Numbered from the stretch's first letter, positions 41,975 to 52,085 are shown. The stretch is 64,000 bases of DNA from Thermodesulfobacteriota bacterium (GCA_049320885.1 JBMORA010000035.1:32001-96000); one strand, 5' to 3'. Translations and numbers: made by a program. The notes: generated from the letters alone by a model not told the origin.

Positions 41975-42615
41975 ATGATGACCCTTCGGCTTTTCTCCGG
42001 GAAATTTGAATCCGTGCCGGCCGCCACATCCTGGTACTTGGCAGACCTTGGCGAGGCGCGTGGCAAACAGGAATTGTTTACCCGTCAATCGCCGAAGCGT
42101 CTCAAGGCTTTGCGGGAGCACGCCCTCATTGAAAGCGCCGTATCATCCAACCGGATCGAGGGCGTGGAGGTCGAGCAATCCCGAATCGCCACCATCGTCT
42201 TCGGCCAGCCGCTTCTGCGGGACCGTGATGAGGAGGAAGTCCGGGGATACCGGCAGGCCCTGACCTGGATTCATGAGCAAGGGGCGAAAATCCCGATATC
42301 GGAAGAGACCGTTTTACAGCTCCATCATATATTCTTTCCATCATCAAGATGGCCTATCGGGAATTCGAGCAAGGCCTCGGCCAACTCCAGAGCCCCAAGG
42401 GTGAGAAAACGAGTCTCGTTCTTCATGCTATCGACAGTGCTCTCGGTTCTTTCAGCGTGACGGAAATTCAGAACAAGTGCCCGAACGTCAGCGTGGATAT
42501 GGTCCGCCGGGTGCTGAAGAACCTGCGGGCAAAAAATCAGGTTGAGTGCCTTGGCCGCGGCCAGAATGCCCGTTGGCAAAAAGCCGCCAAGTGGCAATTG
42601 GGTAATGTCGATTGA
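41975..42615 (+). pseudogene. Fic family protein copy 2, internally deleted (N-terminus + C-terminal HTH)
   Basis: About 470-bp direct repeat of 38649-39116, then a jump to AYREFE...VECLGRGQNARW in another frame. Confidence 0.75.
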
Positions 42616-42792
42616 ATTGGGTAATGAACTGGGTAATGTGATTTCTTGTCTGATTTCTTGTCGAGGCAACAGTAAGAATTTATAGGAAATGAATGATAAA
42701 TCAGAGCCGTTTTTTATGCTTAGAAACACCATTTTGGGGGTGAAAAGAGCTGTTTAAGGAGGGAAGGGGGGGGGCAAAGCGGAAAGATTGGT

Positions 42793-42937
42793 TCACGCGA
42801 AGACGCGAAGAGCGCGAAGGGAAAAGCGGTTTAACCACGGATTACACGGATTGCACGGATGAAAAACCAAAAGATGGTTTTTTGCCTCCGGCAGGAAAAA
42901 ACTTGCTTCTCTTCGCGCTCATCGCGGCTTCGCGTGA
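42793..42937. repeat. CGCGAAG triple-repeat hairpin enclosing a CACGGAT arm
   Basis: TCACGCGAAGACGCGAAGAGCGCGAAG ... CTTCGCGCTCATCGCGGCTTCGCGTGA. Confidence 0.8.
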
Positions 42938-43120
42938 GATAGATCTATTTTTTCAGTGAAGCATTCACTGGATGCTCCTGTCGCCGGAATTGAAACACAC
43001 AGTTTAAAAAGTGAGAAATTGCCGTTAAAATTTATGCAAAATCAAATAAAAATAAACAAATGGTTTGCGAAAAGCGAAAAAAGCATATATAAATAATGCA
43101 AAAACATAATTGTATAAACC

Positions 43121-43903
43121 ATGCCATCCCGAACCGAAAAAAAACTGGAACAAAGCCTGCCCGAAGGGCAAGTGGTGAACCGCGCCTGGCTCAAGGCGCG
43201 TGGATTCAACCGGCCCAGGGTGGATTATGCCTTGCGGGCCGGCAAACTGGAAGCCATAGCCCACGGGGTATACCGAAGGCCAGGACCGCCACTCAAGTGG
43301 GAGCATGTGGTCTATTCGCTGAACGAGATGGGCTGCCCGGTGCATGTGGGTGGCCGCAGTGCTTTGGAATTGCAGGGGATGGCCCATTACCTGCCGCTGG
43401 GTGGCACGCAGCGCATCGACCTTTACGGCACCGCCAAGGTGCCCGGCTGGGCATGCGATTTGTCGGCCCCGTACACATTCGTGGTCCATTCCCGGCGTTT
43501 TTTCAAGAAGCTCCCGGAGGCGGCGCTGTACAACCGGCCGTTCGGTTCCTGGGACTGGCCCATTCCGTACAGCACTCCGGAGCTGGCCCTGCTGGAGCTT
43601 TTAGCCGGTGTCCGGGAGGCGACGGATTTTTCCATGGCCGATAAATTTTTTGAAAGTGCTGCCAATTTGCGGCCGGAATTGCTCGATGACTTGCTGGGTT
43701 CCTGCACCCAGGTGAAAGCCAAACGCCTTTTCCTGTGGTTCAGCGATCGTCACGGCCATGCCTGGCGTCAACGGCTCGAAACCAGAGATATTGAACTGGG
43801 CCGGGGCAAGCGCATGCTGGTCAAGAGTGGGGCGTATGACGCAGTCTATCAGATAACCGTTCCCAAGGACATGGCCGGTGGAAGTGAACAGTCCCTATAT
43901 TGA
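43121..43903 (+). CDS. abiEi: Type IV TA antitoxin, AbiEi family
   Basis: HVGGRSALELQG, STPELALLELL, KAKRLFLWF, LGRGKR, YQITVP. Confidence 0.88.
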   Translation: MPSRTEKKLEQSLPEGQVVNRAWLKARGFNRPRVDYALRAGKLEAIAHGVYRRPGPPLKWEHVVYSLNEMGCPVHVGGRSALELQGMAHYLPLGGTQRIDLYGTAKVPGWACDLSAPYTFVVHSRRFFKKLPEAALYNRPFGSWDWPIPYSTPELALLELLAGVREATDFSMADKFFESAANLRPELLDDLLGSCTQVKAKRLFLWFSDRHGHAWRQRLETRDIELGRGKRMLVKSGAYDAVYQITVPKDMAGGSEQSLY

Positions 43904-44795
43904 ACAGGTCCGTCTGTTGATCAAGCTGATGCCCAGTGTGGCCAGGCAACCCTGTTTTGCCTTAAAAGGCGGGACGGCCATCAATCTGTTTCTGAGAGAC
44001 ACGCCACGGCTATCGGTGGATATCGACCTGGCTTATCTACCAATAGCGGATCGCGAGAGCAGCCTGGCGGGAATCGATGCGGCACTCGGAGCAATAGCGG
44101 AAGATATAGAAAGATATATACCGCGTACCCAGGTCAAGTCGTCTACCCTGAAAGGCACAGGCATGCGCTTCAAGCTATTGGTCATGCAAGCGGAAGCAAG
44201 TGTCAAGATAGAAGTGACGCCAGTGTTGCGGGGCACTGTCTATCCGGTTGAAAGCCGCCGGCTAGCGGAAAGAACGGAAAAGGCTTTTGGTTTTGCCGAA
44301 ATGCAACTGCTCAGTTTTGAGGATATCTACGCCGGGAAAATCTGTGCGGCTCTGGACAGGCAACATCCGCGGGATCTGTATGATGTGCATTGGCTGTTGC
44401 AGAATGAGGGAATTGGTGAGCGATTGAAGAACGCCTTCCTGGTGTACTTGATGGGCCATAATCGGCCTATGGCAGAGCTGTTGGCGCCCCAGCCACAAGA
44501 TATTACATCACTTTACCGGGCTGAATTTACGGGATTGGCTTACGAACCGCTGGAACTTGAAAGATTGCAGGAGACCCTGCCGAATTTGGTTGCCCTCCTT
44601 CATAGGGTTTTGAGCGATGATGACAAGCAGTTCCTGCTGGCGCTCAAACAGGGAACGCAGGATTGGCAAAAATTCCCATTGCCGGAAGTGGAACGGCTGC
44701 CGGCCATCCAATGGAAGATCCAGAATTTAGCGCGCATGAACCCCAGCAAACGTCGTCAGGCAATAACGAAGCTGGGAAATATCTTGTTCGGGTAG
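43878..44795 (+). CDS. abiEii: Type IV TA nucleotidyltransferase toxin, AbiEii family
   Basis: FALKGGTAINLF, RLSVDIDL, GKICAALDRQHPRDLYD. Confidence 0.92.
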   Translation: MEVNSPYIEQVRLLIKLMPSVARQPCFALKGGTAINLFLRDTPRLSVDIDLAYLPIADRESSLAGIDAALGAIAEDIERYIPRTQVKSSTLKGTGMRFKLLVMQAEASVKIEVTPVLRGTVYPVESRRLAERTEKAFGFAEMQLLSFEDIYAGKICAALDRQHPRDLYDVHWLLQNEGIGERLKNAFLVYLMGHNRPMAELLAPQPQDITSLYRAEFTGLAYEPLELERLQETLPNLVALLHRVLSDDDKQFLLALKQGTQDWQKFPLPEVERLPAIQWKIQNLARMNPSKRRQAITKLGNILFG

Positions 44796-44987
44796 TATCA
44801 TTGCGTCATTGTGTTCGGTTGGTCGGTTGTCGGTTGGGGACGGACGAATGTAACACCATAACTTCATAGAAAATGAATGGGAAAATATATCCGTTTTCAG
44901 TGCTTAGAACCACCATTGCGGGGTTGAAAAGGGTGGTTTAAGAAAGAGTGGATCAATATAGTTTTGCCTCCGGCGGGAAAAGCGGGT

Positions 44988-45110
44988 TATCCACAGATGA
45001 CACAGATTGACACAGATTAAAAACAAAAAAGAAGGGTTCTTTTGCCTCCGGCAGGGAAAAGGATATCATTTTTTTCAGTTATCTGTGTAAATCGGTGTAA
45101 TCGGTGGATA
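44988..45110. repeat. CACAGAT triple-repeat hairpin, copy A
   Basis: TATCCACAGATGACACAGATTGACACAGAT...GCCTCCGGC...ATCTGTGTAAATCGGTGTAATCGGTGGATA. Confidence 0.85.
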
Positions 45111-45176
45111 TAAAAAAACATGCCTCCTAAAATGTAAAGAAGCAAATGAAGGTACTGCAACGAATAAGGCGCGCAT

Positions 45177-47048
45177 ATGGCACAAATGATCCCACCCGAT
45201 GTTGAAACCTTCACGACCGAAGGCGAAAAGCAGTTCTACCGGTTCCTGGAAAATGTCGGCAAGCCGGATTCGAATTTTATCGCCTGGTATACGCCGAACA
45301 TCGATGGGAAGGAGCCGGATTTCGTGCTTTTCGGCAGTACCGTCGGCCTGCTTGTTTTTGAAGTGAAGGACTGGGGGCTTGAGCAGATCGTCGCGGCTGA
45401 TAAGCATCAGTTCCGGCTCATTATGGGGGGCGTGACCGAGAACCGGAAAAATCCTTACCGGCAGGCCCGGGAATATTTCTACCAGCTGATGAACCGCATC
45501 GAGCAGGACGGGCGGCTTGTCTCGCAGGAGCCGGGACATCACGGCAAACCCCGCATACCGATCACCTGCGGCGTCATCTTTCCCAACATCAATAAATACG
45601 AGTATTCCCAAAAAGGCCTGGACAACATCATCGGCGCGACCAAGATCCTCTTCTGGGACGATCTGCACACCGCCTCGGATATTTGCACGGATCCGTCCGG
45701 CAAATGTTTCCAGGATGCCCTGGAAAACATGTTCGAGCATCGATTCCGTTTTTCCGTCACGGTCAAGGAACTGGATCACCTGAAACAGCTGATTTTTCCC
45801 CTGGTGAAAATCGAATTGCCGGAACGGAAGGGGCAGGACACGTTTCAGCACCATCTGAACCGGCTCAAATCGATTGATCACCATCAAGAAGCCCTGGCCC
45901 GCAGGTTCGACGGCGGCCACCGGATCATCAGCGGACCTTCGGGCAGCGGGAAAACCCTCATTCTGGTCCATAAGGCCGCGTTCCTGAAACAATACAATCC
46001 CGCGATACATCGCCTATTGTTCGTCTGCTACAACATCACGCTTGTGAATTATATCCGGCGGCTGCTGGCGGCCAAGGGCGTGCCCCTGGGGAAAAACGGC
46101 GTTGATGTTTGTCACATCTTCGAGCTTTGTTCCCTAATCGTCGGTGAATCCGTTCCGTATGAAAACGAGGATGCCGATTATTACGATCTGGTTGTCCAGG
46201 AAGCGCTGGCCAGGGTGGCGACTTGCGGAATCCGCTATGACGCCATCCTGGTGGACGAAGGCCAGGACATGTCCGGCGATATGTACCGGGTCATTACGGC
46301 TCTTCTCAATCCGCAGACCAATCACCTGACCATCGTGCATGATGAAAACCAGAACATCTATCGAAAAAGCCATACGTGGAAAGATGTCGGTGTCCATGCC
46401 CGCGGGCGTGTTCACCGGATTTCCTATATTTACCGGAACACCATGGAAATAACGAATTTCGCCGCGCGGTTTTTGGACGCCTCGCCGGTGGACGGCCAGG
46501 GGGGCAACCGCGGGCAACTGGAATTGTTTCCGGATTTTTTTGATTTTCATGGACCCGAGCCCGAGCTGATCCCATGCGGCGGGCTGGAACCGCTGCTGAA
46601 TGTTATCGCCGGCAAGATCGACACATTGAGCCGTCACAACGGCCTGCCGTTCTCGGAGATCGCCGTGCTGTATTCCATGAAAACTCCCGGACGCCTCAAT
46701 GGTGTCAACCTGCCCCTGGCGATCCGGGAACGCCTCGAAGGCGCCGGCATCTTGTGCACCTGGACGACCGAGAATTACCAGGCCAAACGATCCTATGATA
46801 TCACGACCGACAGCGTCAGCATCAGCACCATTCACAGCGCCAAGGGATTGGATTATGCCTGTGTCTTTCTTGTCGGGCTGGATTTTATCGAAACAGAGCG
46901 ATGGTCCGAGGAGCAGATCCAAAAACTGACCTATGTGGGCATCACCCGGGCGCGCTACCAATTATTCATTCCCTTTATCGATGAATGCGAATTGATCCGG
47001 AACCTTTTGAAAGCGAAAAAAGATGGAGGTCAATCAAGATATTCTTAA
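45177..47048 (+). CDS. NERD nuclease + UvrD-like SF1 helicase
   Basis: EPDFV..FEVKDW, GPSGSGKT, VDEGQD, STIHSAKGLD, YVGITRAR. Confidence 0.88.
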   Translation: MAQMIPPDVETFTTEGEKQFYRFLENVGKPDSNFIAWYTPNIDGKEPDFVLFGSTVGLLVFEVKDWGLEQIVAADKHQFRLIMGGVTENRKNPYRQAREYFYQLMNRIEQDGRLVSQEPGHHGKPRIPITCGVIFPNINKYEYSQKGLDNIIGATKILFWDDLHTASDICTDPSGKCFQDALENMFEHRFRFSVTVKELDHLKQLIFPLVKIELPERKGQDTFQHHLNRLKSIDHHQEALARRFDGGHRIISGPSGSGKTLILVHKAAFLKQYNPAIHRLLFVCYNITLVNYIRRLLAAKGVPLGKNGVDVCHIFELCSLIVGESVPYENEDADYYDLVVQEALARVATCGIRYDAILVDEGQDMSGDMYRVITALLNPQTNHLTIVHDENQNIYRKSHTWKDVGVHARGRVHRISYIYRNTMEITNFAARFLDASPVDGQGGNRGQLELFPDFFDFHGPEPELIPCGGLEPLLNVIAGKIDTLSRHNGLPFSEIAVLYSMKTPGRLNGVNLPLAIRERLEGAGILCTWTTENYQAKRSYDITTDSVSISTIHSAKGLDYACVFLVGLDFIETERWSEEQIQKLTYVGITRARYQLFIPFIDECELIRNLLKAKKDGGQSRYS

Positions 47049-47083
47049 GAAACGGAGTGCGGTTACCGGTGGCCAGGACGGTT

Positions 47084-47206
47084 TATCCACAGATTACACA
47101 GATGGACACAGATGAAAAACGAAAAAAGTTGCATTATTCTGCCTCCGGCAGGAAAAGAATATCATTTTTTTCAGTTATCTGTGTAAATCGGCGTAATCGG
47201 CGGATA
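47084..47206. repeat. CACAGAT triple-repeat hairpin, copy B
   Basis: Same arms and loop motif as copy A. Confidence 0.85.
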
Positions 47207-47360
47207 GAAAAAAGTATGCCTTATAAAATTATCTGTGACCGTATCTGACACACCAATCTGATATTGAATGACGGTATTCGGCATTGGGGCGGTACTGGGC
47301 TGAACCGAGATACCAGGCCGATTTTCCCACCCATGATGATCGAAACCGAAAGGGAGGTAA

Positions 47361-48299
47361 ATGTCAGATTATATTTTCAAGCATGTCACGGACAAAATCC
47401 TTGCGCAACTTGAAAAAGGGAACGTCGTTTGGAAAAAACCATGGACCAGCAACGGGCTGCCGAGGAACCTCATTTCCAAACGCCCTTACAGCGGTATCAA
47501 CTGGCTGCTGTTGGCAATGGCGGGGTTTGCATCACCTTTTTGGGCCACAAAAGAAGCGGTAGGTAAATTGGGAGGGAGGGTTCGTCCTGGTGAGTTGCCT
47601 GAGTTTGTCTTTTTCTGGAAGATTCAAAATTTGGAACGCCCCGAGGGGGAGGAAGGAGACCAGAGCCACCAGTCGCGTATTAGCATTTTTTACAAGGCTT
47701 ACCAACTCTATAACGTGGAGCAGTGCGAAGGCATCGAGAAAAGGGTTCCCCCCTTTGTGCACCATGATTTCGACCCGATCGACAAATGCGAAAAGATTGT
47801 GAAAGATATGCCAGCCTGCCCGAAAATCTCCTATGGGGTTCCGGATCCTTACTACACCTCATTGATGGACGAGGTGAAAATGCCCTCTCGGAAACTTTTC
47901 AGTGATACGGGGGAATTTTACTCGGCACTCTTTCACGAAATCGTGCACAGCACCGGCCACGAGCGCCGCCTCGGCCGCCACGGGCGGATGCGCGAGAAGT
48001 TTGACAGCCATGAGCATAGGTACTCCCACGAGGAACTGGTGGCTGAGATCGGTTCCGGATTTTTGTGCGCCCATGCGGGAATCGAAAACCACGTGTTAGA
48101 GAATTCCGGCGCCTATATCCAACATTGGATAAAACGTTTTGAAAATAGGCAGCGGATGTTTTTTTTCGCTGCGGCGCAGGCGCAAAGTGCGGTGAATTAC
48201 ATTCTTGGTCTGGGGAAAACAGGTTATCCACAGATTACACAGATGGACACAGATGAAAAACAAGAAGGCCAGCATATTTTGCCCCCGGCAGGGAAATAA
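47361..48299 (+). CDS. ardC: ArdC-like antirestriction/ssDNA-binding protein (DUF1738 + zincin-like)
   Basis: WKKPW, YSGINWLLL, YNVEQ, HEIVHSTGH, EELVAEIGS. Confidence 0.88.
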   Translation: MSDYIFKHVTDKILAQLEKGNVVWKKPWTSNGLPRNLISKRPYSGINWLLLAMAGFASPFWATKEAVGKLGGRVRPGELPEFVFFWKIQNLERPEGEEGDQSHQSRISIFYKAYQLYNVEQCEGIEKRVPPFVHHDFDPIDKCEKIVKDMPACPKISYGVPDPYYTSLMDEVKMPSRKLFSDTGEFYSALFHEIVHSTGHERRLGRHGRMREKFDSHEHRYSHEELVAEIGSGFLCAHAGIENHVLENSGAYIQHWIKRFENRQRMFFFAAAQAQSAVNYILGLGKTGYPQITQMDTDEKQEGQHILPPAGK

Positions 48300-48348
48300 T
48301 TGTTTTATTTTTTTAATTATCTGCGTGAATCGGCGTAATCGGCGGATA
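48225..48348. repeat. CACAGAT triple-repeat hairpin, copy C (overlaps the ardC 3' end)
   Basis: Arm identical to copy B; similarity continues about 40 bp beyond the hairpin. Confidence 0.85.
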
Positions 48349-48358
48349 GAAAAAAAGC

Positions 48359-50005
48359 ATGCGTCATAGAATCATCTGTGATCGTATCGGATCAACAACG
48401 GAAGGCGGACATGGCAGAGCTGAAAAAATGCATGGAACAGCAGCAAGAGGAATCCTGCACCATCCAATGCGCCATCAATCTTTCCATGCTGTTCGATTCA
48501 TCGGTGCAACGAAAACGCTTCAACCAGAAAAAGAACTATCCGAAGAACGACGGGCAGTGAAAGAATTCATCACCCGTGATCCCCTGTTGAGCCGCTTCGT
48601 GTCCAAGGTATTTCTCTTCGAAGATATTCCTGCCGCAGACCGCAAACCGGATGATATCTATCTGCATGAGGTCGAGCAGTGCGATATTTACCTTGCGATC
48701 CTGGGCAAACAATACGGGTGGAAAGGCGTGGATGGTAAATCCCCGACGGAACTGGAATTTGAACAAGCCACCCGAACCCATCGGGAGCGCCTCGTCTTTG
48801 TGAAAGGAGACGATGACAAATCCCGCGAACCGGAAATGGCAAAACTGGTGAACAAAGCGGGCCGACAGGTCACGCGGCGGCGTTTTTCCGATACACCCGG
48901 CCTGATCCGTGAGGTCTATGCCAGCTTGATAGAATGCCTGGAGGGCAGGGGGGATTTCCGATCAACACCCTTTGACGACAGCGTTTGTGACGGGGCGACC
49001 CTCCAGGATATCGACACTGCGGAAGTCGACGCTTTTGTCGAAACCGCCGAAGCCGCCGGCCGGTTGAGCCTCAAAGGCGCGCGCACACCCAAAGCGGTCC
49101 TGCAGCATTTCAATCTCCTTCGGGACGGCCGGCCCACCAACGCCGCCATGCTGCTTTTCGGGAAGCGGCCAGAGGTGTTTTTCAACAACGCCCAAGTGCA
49201 TTGTTTTCATTTCCTTGGAACGGAAAAACGCAAGCCCATTGCCTCCCAGCAGCCATATTCCGGCAGATTGCGGGAAGTCATCGACCAGGCCGTGGAGTTC
49301 GTTCTCGGCAAGATCGACCGCAGCGTGGGAACCCGCGCCATGGGAGTGCAAGCGCCGGTCAAGTTCGAGATTCCCCGCCCGGTCATCACCGAAGCCATTG
49401 TCAACGCAGTCGCCCATCGGAACTACCGTCATAATGGCTTCGTCCAGGTAATCGTGTTTGCCGACCGCATCGAGGTGTGGAACCCGGGAGAACTCCCGCC
49501 AGGATTGACCCCCGCGCTGTTGCGGGAGCCCCATGGCCCCATACCGCGCAACCCCTTGATCGCCGAGCCGTTGTTCCGGGTGAAATACGTAGAGAAAGCC
49601 GGCACCGGCACAACGGATATGATCGCCGATTGCCGGGAAGCGGGACTTCCGGAGCCGGACTTCGGACAGCGCGGCCCCCATTTTGTGGTTACCATCTGGC
49701 GGGACTGGCTGACGGAGGATGTCATTGGTTCATTAGGACTCAACGATCGCCAACAAAGGGTTTTAATTCACCTCAAGGTCCGTGGACGGATCGGAAACAC
49801 TGAATACCAGACATTGGTTGGTGTATCCAAACGTACGGCGCATCGAGACCTTATTGAACTTGTGGAGAAGGGAATTGTAGAAAAGGTTGGTACTACAGGC
49901 AAGGGAACCGTATATATCTTGCGAAAAGGGGCCCAAAAGGGGCCAGAGGGGCCAACTGAATCCAAAGATGTCAAAGGGGCCACAAAGGGGTCAAAGGGGT
50001 CATAA
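48359..50005 (+). CDS. DUF4062 + HATPase_c_4 + HTH protein, 5' end probably damaged
   Basis: SPTELEF, EAIVNAVAHRNY, NPG, PRNPLIA. The expected SSVQ lies in a different frame (~48498) from KELSEERR. Confidence 0.75.
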   Translation: MRHRIICDRIGSTTEGGHGRAEKMHGTAARGILHHPMRHQSFHAVRFIGATKTLQPEKELSEERRAVKEFITRDPLLSRFVSKVFLFEDIPAADRKPDDIYLHEVEQCDIYLAILGKQYGWKGVDGKSPTELEFEQATRTHRERLVFVKGDDDKSREPEMAKLVNKAGRQVTRRRFSDTPGLIREVYASLIECLEGRGDFRSTPFDDSVCDGATLQDIDTAEVDAFVETAEAAGRLSLKGARTPKAVLQHFNLLRDGRPTNAAMLLFGKRPEVFFNNAQVHCFHFLGTEKRKPIASQQPYSGRLREVIDQAVEFVLGKIDRSVGTRAMGVQAPVKFEIPRPVITEAIVNAVAHRNYRHNGFVQVIVFADRIEVWNPGELPPGLTPALLREPHGPIPRNPLIAEPLFRVKYVEKAGTGTTDMIADCREAGLPEPDFGQRGPHFVVTIWRDWLTEDVIGSLGLNDRQQRVLIHLKVRGRIGNTEYQTLVGVSKRTAHRDLIELVEKGIVEKVGTTGKGTVYILRKGAQKGPEGPTESKDVKGATKGSKGS

Positions 50006-50561
50006 GTAGGGCAGACCATGGCTTTCATCTCTCATTGAGGCGATTATCGACCCCAGCTTCTCCGGCCGCCACGAGGATTAGATTCACGATTTTAGAAATA
50101 AATATGGACGTTGACAATCGATTCTTTTTTTGTGTCGTACCCAAAGGTGGAGTGAGACCAATGCTAGCAAGCGTCCTTGACCCATCCTTCGATCACTGGA
50201 AAGATATTTGACAACGATATAGAATTATTATAATTTGGTGCATACTATTTCGATGCGCGTTTTGTTTTGGTTGGTGATCAAAGCGTTCTATTTCGTCTGT
50301 TTTTTATAATTCATCGGTGTTCCGAATAAAAATCAACGAATAGATCTGATTTCAGATTATTCCGTCCGCCTCTCTTTCTCCAGATACCTATTCGAATTAG
50401 AACGTTATGCCTGGAGCCGCTTGGGGGGGTGTTCATCGGATTGATGTCAAGTCTCTTGAGAGAGAAAAAATGATTCGTTCTGATTTGAAAGAATTTTGAC
50501 ACGAAACGAACTGGCCGCAACCATCCGGATTGTTCTCGACCGACAAGCGCGAGGTTAATTC

Positions 50562-52028
50562 ATGGCGAACGTACTGATCATCGATGACGACCCCACCATC
50601 CAGGCCCTCCTGAGCGCCCATGTGGAAGACAGCGAGAATACACCGTTTGTTGCAGGTTCCTTGCATGAGGCGCTGCGGATTGCCGCTGCCCATGAATTTG
50701 ATCTCGTCTTTCTGGATGTGCGCCTTCCCGATGGGAATGGGCTGGAAGCATTGCCCCGGTTTCGTCAGCTTTCCGGGCAACCCGAAGTCATCATCATAAC
50801 GGCTGTGGGCGACGCCGCGGGCGCGGAACTGGCCATCCGCTCCGGAGCCTGGAATTACATTCAGAAGCCGGCGACGCGGCATGAGATCAGCCTGCAGATC
50901 ACCCGCGCCCTGCAATATCGGGAAAAACATCCCAGAGAGCAGGCCGTCGCCTTGAAGCGGGAAAGCATCGTCGGCAGCAGTCCGCAGCTGACAGCGGCAT
51001 TGGATCTTGTGGCCCAGTCGGCAAGAAGTGAAGCCAATGTCCTGATCACGGGAGAAACCGGCACGGGCAAGGAGCTTTTTGCCCAGACCATCCATCGCAA
51101 CAGCTTGCGGGCAGACAAGCCTTTTGTCATCGTCGACTGCACGGCACTGCCCGAAACCTTGATTGAAAGCCTCCTGTTCGGCCATACCAAAGGCGCCTTT
51201 ACCAATGCCGACCGGGACAAGTCCGGTTTGATCGAGCGCGCTGACAAGGGAACACTTTTTTTGGATGAGATCGGCGAATTGCCGTTGACGACCCAAAAGG
51301 CTTTCTTGCGGGTGTTGCAGGAGCGGACCTTCATGCCGGTGGGTGGCAGTCGGGAGATGAAAAGTGATTTTCGATTGATTGCGGCGACCAACCGGGATCT
51401 GTCCAACATGGTTACAGCGAACACGTTTCGAAAAGATCTGTTGTTTCGGATCAAAACATTTCACGTCGAATTGCCGCCGCTGCGGGAGCGGAGGAACGAT
51501 ATCAAGGAAATCGCGCAGCATTTCGTGACCGCCATTTGTGAACGCCATCGCTTACAGGTGAAAGGATTTACATCCGATTTCATGGGCGTACTGGAGTCAT
51601 ACAATTGGCCTGGAAATGTGCGGGAACTGTATCATACCCTGGAAAAGGCCATCCTGACCGACCCGGGCAACCCGACGCTTTTCCCGGCCCACCTGCCCCA
51701 GGAAGTGCGGATTCACCATGCCCAAAAAGAGATGCAAATGAAGCGTGGTGACCTGCAGACCGGAGATCGGGCCGGGGAGCATGCGCCGTCCCCCGATTCG
51801 CGTTCAGGCGCGGTACCGGCCGAAAAAGAACCGCTGTTTGGCGAAGTGATACCGCCCTTGCGGGAATATCGGCAGGAGGTCATCCAGGATGCGGAACGGC
51901 GATATATGGCGCATCTTTTGCGAAGAGTCGGCCAGGATATTAAAACGGCCATCGAGGTCGCCGGTGTCGGCCAAGCCCGTTTTTACGCCCTGTTGAAAAA
52001 GTACCGCCTTTCCCGCAAAAACAACTGA
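50562..52028 (+). CDS. NtrC-family sigma54 response regulator
   Basis: Receiver domain, [26 protein letters not shown]. Confidence 0.95.
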   Translation: MANVLIIDDDPTIQALLSAHVEDSENTPFVAGSLHEALRIAAAHEFDLVFLDVRLPDGNGLEALPRFRQLSGQPEVIIITAVGDAAGAELAIRSGAWNYIQKPATRHEISLQITRALQYREKHPREQAVALKRESIVGSSPQLTAALDLVAQSARSEANVLITGETGTGKELFAQTIHRNSLRADKPFVIVDCTALPETLIESLLFGHTKGAFTNADRDKSGLIERADKGTLFLDEIGELPLTTQKAFLRVLQERTFMPVGGSREMKSDFRLIAATNRDLSNMVTANTFRKDLLFRIKTFHVELPPLRERRNDIKEIAQHFVTAICERHRLQVKGFTSDFMGVLESYNWPGNVRELYHTLEKAILTDPGNPTLFPAHLPQEVRIHHAQKEMQMKRGDLQTGDRAGEHAPSPDSRSGAVPAEKEPLFGEVIPPLREYRQEVIQDAERRYMAHLLRRVGQDIKTAIEVAGVGQARFYALLKKYRLSRKNN

Positions 52029-52085
52029 ATCGACATTTCCATTGAATCGGTTCAATGGAAACATACGCGATAAAGGAATACAAGC

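Noticed and set aside
38649..42330. Duplicated Fic and NERD segments as diversity-generating retroelement TR/VR pairs
   Set aside because: No reverse transcriptase, and the differences I could see are not adenine-specific.
44988..48348. CACAGAT repeats as a CRISPR array
   Set aside because: They are inverted arms separated by whole genes, with no regular repeat-spacer period and no cas genes.
24859..50005. Classical integron
   Set aside because: Genes are co-oriented, but there is no intI and the hairpins lack attC core sites.
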